A stretch of DNA of 34,685 nt from Candidatus Pacearchaeota archaeon (GTDB lineage: Archaea; Nanobdellota; Nanobdellia; Pacearchaeales; GW2011-AR1), in assembly GCA_017609695.1 (NCBI GenBank), contig JAFCDM010000001.1, positions 1 to 34,685 of the forward strand, written 5' to 3'. Made by a program: the position numbers and the translations under genes. Under the pieces are notes generated by a model. It was not told the DNA's origin and made no database searches. It saw only the letters and a list, made by a program, of their open reading frames with translations. Shown in pieces: positions 32,839-34,685 of this stretch; position 1 is the first letter of the stretch; every line of letters begins with the position of its first letter.

Positions 32839-32968
32839 TTCTTTAATTTATGCAGGAATGGGGCAAGACCCAGAAACATTGCCCCAAATAAAAGAGGTGG
32901 TAAGAGATTTTAGTTCATCCTTAGTTTTTTCTGGGTTATCCTTAGATTTTATTTCCTGCATCATTTTG

Positions 32969-33352
32969 TTATGTTTTACTAATTTTTTTAGGTATTTTGA
33001 CAAATCTCCCTTTTGAATCTCTATAAATTTGTCTTTTTTTACCTTTTATTTTAATTTTATCTTCTTTTGCAAAAACACTTTTAATTTTTCCTGTTTTTTT
33101 AATTTTAATTTTTCCCCTAAATAATCTCCTTGTTTTTTTCTTAATTTGAATAACTACACTTGGAATTCTTTTTTCTTCTGGAATTTTATCTAAAATTATG
33201 TTTTGTATTTTCTTTCTATTGAAAAATTCTTTTAATTCAGAATCATCCATCCCGTAGAAATAAGATAGTAAACTTGAATCTTGACTCCAGACTTGCTCTA
33301 GAACCTCTTTAAATGTATTAAAATCTGTAATTTTTTCTAAAATTATGTTCAA
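32969..33352 (-). CDS. Lys-rich hypothetical protein; true start probably upstream of the annotated TTG
   Basis: The reading frame stays open upstream to about 33463 without an ATG. A ggaggt box lies just 3' of the primase stop codon on the - strand. The C-terminus is RQIYRDSKGRFVKIPKK. Confidence 0.5.
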   Translation of the reverse strand: MNIILEKITDFNTFKEVLEQVWSQDSSLLSYFYGMDDSELKEFFNRKKIQNIILDKIPEEKRIPSVVIQIKKKTRRLFRGKIKIKKTGKIKSVFAKEDKIKIKGKKRQIYRDSKGRFVKIPKKISKT

Positions 33353-33479
33353 TGGAATTTTTTGCTGTTGTGCAAGAAATTTAGCATTTGTAAAAAACTG
33401 GTCTTCAAAATATTTTTTCCTAAAATTAGTATCAGTACTATAATATTTGTGTGAAATTTTATTTTACCTCCAATATTTT

Positions 33480-34283
33480 TTAAATGTCAATCACTTTTAT
33501 AAAGTTATTAACCTTTTTAATTTTTTCTTCTTTTGAAAAATTTGGAAATCTCTCTAAATTACCTCTTCTCATCAATTTTATTGATTTTTCAACATATTCT
33601 TTTTTAACAATGTATTCTTTAAAATTTTCAAGTTGAAAATCATTTAATGGAAGAGCAACATTATTTCCAACTAAAGAATAGGGGATTTTACATAATCTGT
33701 TACCAACACCATTATTTCTTAAATCTAAATATTTAAAATTAAATCCTTCTTTTATTTTTTCTCCAATTTTTTTGTGTGGTTGCACCTGACCATTTATTAT
33801 CTTTGGTTCAGGCATATATTCTCCATCTATGAAGATTTGGAATCCTTTTGAGCCACTAAATTGAACAAAATAACTTAATTCGTATTCATCAAAAAAATGT
33901 AGCAATTCTTTCACTTCTTTCAGAACATCATAGATTGTTGAATTTTTATCTTTGTCAAAATCAAAGAATAAATCATAACTATATATTAAATTATCAAATT
34001 TTTCTCTAAACCAAGAACCTGTTTCAGAACTTCTTTTTTTTGGATTGAATGTAAATTCAGGAATTTCTCTTAATCGTGCAATACTTCTATAAAAATTTTG
34101 TTTTTGATTACCCCAATTAACTAATTTTAATATTCTTTCAAAATCAAATAAATTTTTAAATTTTAAAGCCCTAATCGCACCTCTTTTTCCAATAACAGCA
34201 AATTCTCTATCTTTACAGTTTTCTCTTAATAAATGCTTTATATATTGTTTAGAATAATATTCCTGTTCCATTTCAATAATCAA
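33480..34283 (-). CDS. Archaeo-eukaryotic primase (PriS-like / primase-polymerase) catalytic protein
   Basis: N-terminal REFAV...FYRSIA. Motif I is YDLFFDFDKD (DxD). Motif II is FSGSKGFQIFI (SGxG, with Gln where His is usual). Motif III is YLDLRNNGVGNRLCKIPYSL (D...R..K.P.S). Confidence 0.75.
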   Translation of the reverse strand: MIIEMEQEYYSKQYIKHLLRENCKDREFAVIGKRGAIRALKFKNLFDFERILKLVNWGNQKQNFYRSIARLREIPEFTFNPKKRSSETGSWFREKFDNLIYSYDLFFDFDKDKNSTIYDVLKEVKELLHFFDEYELSYFVQFSGSKGFQIFIDGEYMPEPKIINGQVQPHKKIGEKIKEGFNFKYLDLRNNGVGNRLCKIPYSLVGNNVALPLNDFQLENFKEYIVKKEYVEKSIKLMRRGNLERFPNFSKEEKIKKVNNFIKVIDI

Positions 34284-34581
34284 AATTTTTTTTCTTTGAT
34301 TTGTTTTTTAATTCTTTAATTAATTGGTATGCTTCTTGTTTGGTTAAATCTTCTTTTATTTTTATTCCTTCTTTTGATAACCTCCAAATTTGGCTTTTTG
34401 TGGCTAATTTATCTATATTTGGTTTTTCATTATCTAACATACCATCTTCTTCATAATTAACAAAAGCAATCCAATTTTTTTCAATATAAAATATTTGTGT
34501 AGAGATATAATTCTTTAATTTATTTATTTCTTCCACTATTTGTTTTTCACTTCTTTTTTTAAAAACTTTTATTTTTTTCAT
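34273..34581 (-). CDS. Hypothetical protein (102 aa)
   Basis: ATG ORF coupled by ATGA to the 34-codon ORF inside the inverted repeat, and overlapping the primase start. I recognise no motif. Confidence 0.55.
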   Translation of the reverse strand: MKKIKVFKKRSEKQIVEEINKLKNYISTQIFYIEKNWIAFVNYEEDGMLDNEKPNIDKLATKSQIWRLSKEGIKIKEDLTKQEAYQLIKELKNKSKKKNFDY

Positions 34582-34682
34582 TTTATTTCTCTTTCTGCAA
34601 GTTTTAAATTTATTTTCTTTTTTTTAATTTCTTCTTCTGAAATCCAATCAATTAAATCTTGAGCATTTATTTCTTCTTTCAT
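34578..34682 (-). CDS. 34-codon ORF inside the right inverted-repeat arm (duplicate of the N-terminus of 260-472)
   Basis: Translation is MKEEINAQDLIDWISEEEIKKKKINLKLAEREIK*. The stop falls exactly at the repeat boundary. It may serve only as a translational coupling leader. Confidence 0.35.
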   Translation of the reverse strand: MKEEINAQDLIDWISEEEIKKKKINLKLAEREIK

Positions 34683-34685
34683 ATA
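34581..34685. repeat. Right arm of the 105-bp perfect inverted repeat, truncated by the window end
   Basis: Same comparison as the left arm. This arm ends exactly at the last base of the window, so the repeat may continue as the inverted copy of 1-256. Confidence 0.95.

Noticed and set aside
1-34685. Circular genome with terminal redundancy
   Set aside because: The end-to-start similarity is inverted, not direct, and begins 256 nt in from the left edge. A circular assembly would normally show a direct overlap. Circularity with an internal inverted repeat cannot be excluded and is listed as the refutation test for the ITR finding.
1-34685. Alternative genetic code (stop-codon reassignment), as seen in some AT-rich phage and host systems
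   Set aside because: TAA, TAG and TGA all terminate well-formed ORFs. TGA appears in many ATGA/TTGA start-stop overlaps. There are no long ORF-free gaps that would close under recoding.

Overview
This is a very AT-rich, densely coded 34.7-kb window. It reads like a near-complete virus- or plasmid-like extrachromosomal element, not a chromosomal segment. The last 105 bp (34581-34685) are a perfect inverted copy of 257-361. That is an inverted-terminal-repeat signature, with the right copy cut by the window edge.

Layout by strand:
- **+ strand, 260-16369.** Many tiny genes with ATGA/TTGA overlaps. They include Zn-ribbon, ribbon-helix-helix (RHH) and winged-helix candidates, a palindromic AT-rich origin-like region and a GC-richer island. 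The island holds a frameshifted beta-class DNA methyltransferase and two copies of a structured GC-rich element. Further on are two Sec-signal, TM-anchored surface proteins, 3x25-bp iterons, a CPYC thioredoxin-fold protein, and two 2-TM mini-proteins followed by two extremely basic mini-proteins.
- **- strand, 16439-17720.** An RHH protein plus an AAA+ ATPase.
- **+ strand, 17904-32479.** About 14.5 kb of exported or membrane proteins. These include a run of small membrane proteins with a CPBP-type protease. They also include three giant adhesin-like genes with beta-propeller, LamG and Ig-like repeats, which share identical leaders and duplicated cassettes and carry one frame break.
- **- strand, 32476-34682.** An HExxH mini-protease candidate and a PriS-like archaeo-eukaryotic primase.

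I found no rRNA, tRNA or CRISPR array. I also recognised no capsid, portal, terminase, integrase or DNA polymerase.

Several features suggest an archaeal, AT-rich host: the RHH/wHTH/Zn-ribbon repertoire, the PriS-type primase, KKAQ prepilin-like leaders, and TATA-like boxes 20-30 nt upstream of starts alongside GGAGG ribosome-binding sites. This host assignment is inference only.

All functional calls come from motifs read by eye. No database search or structure prediction was run.
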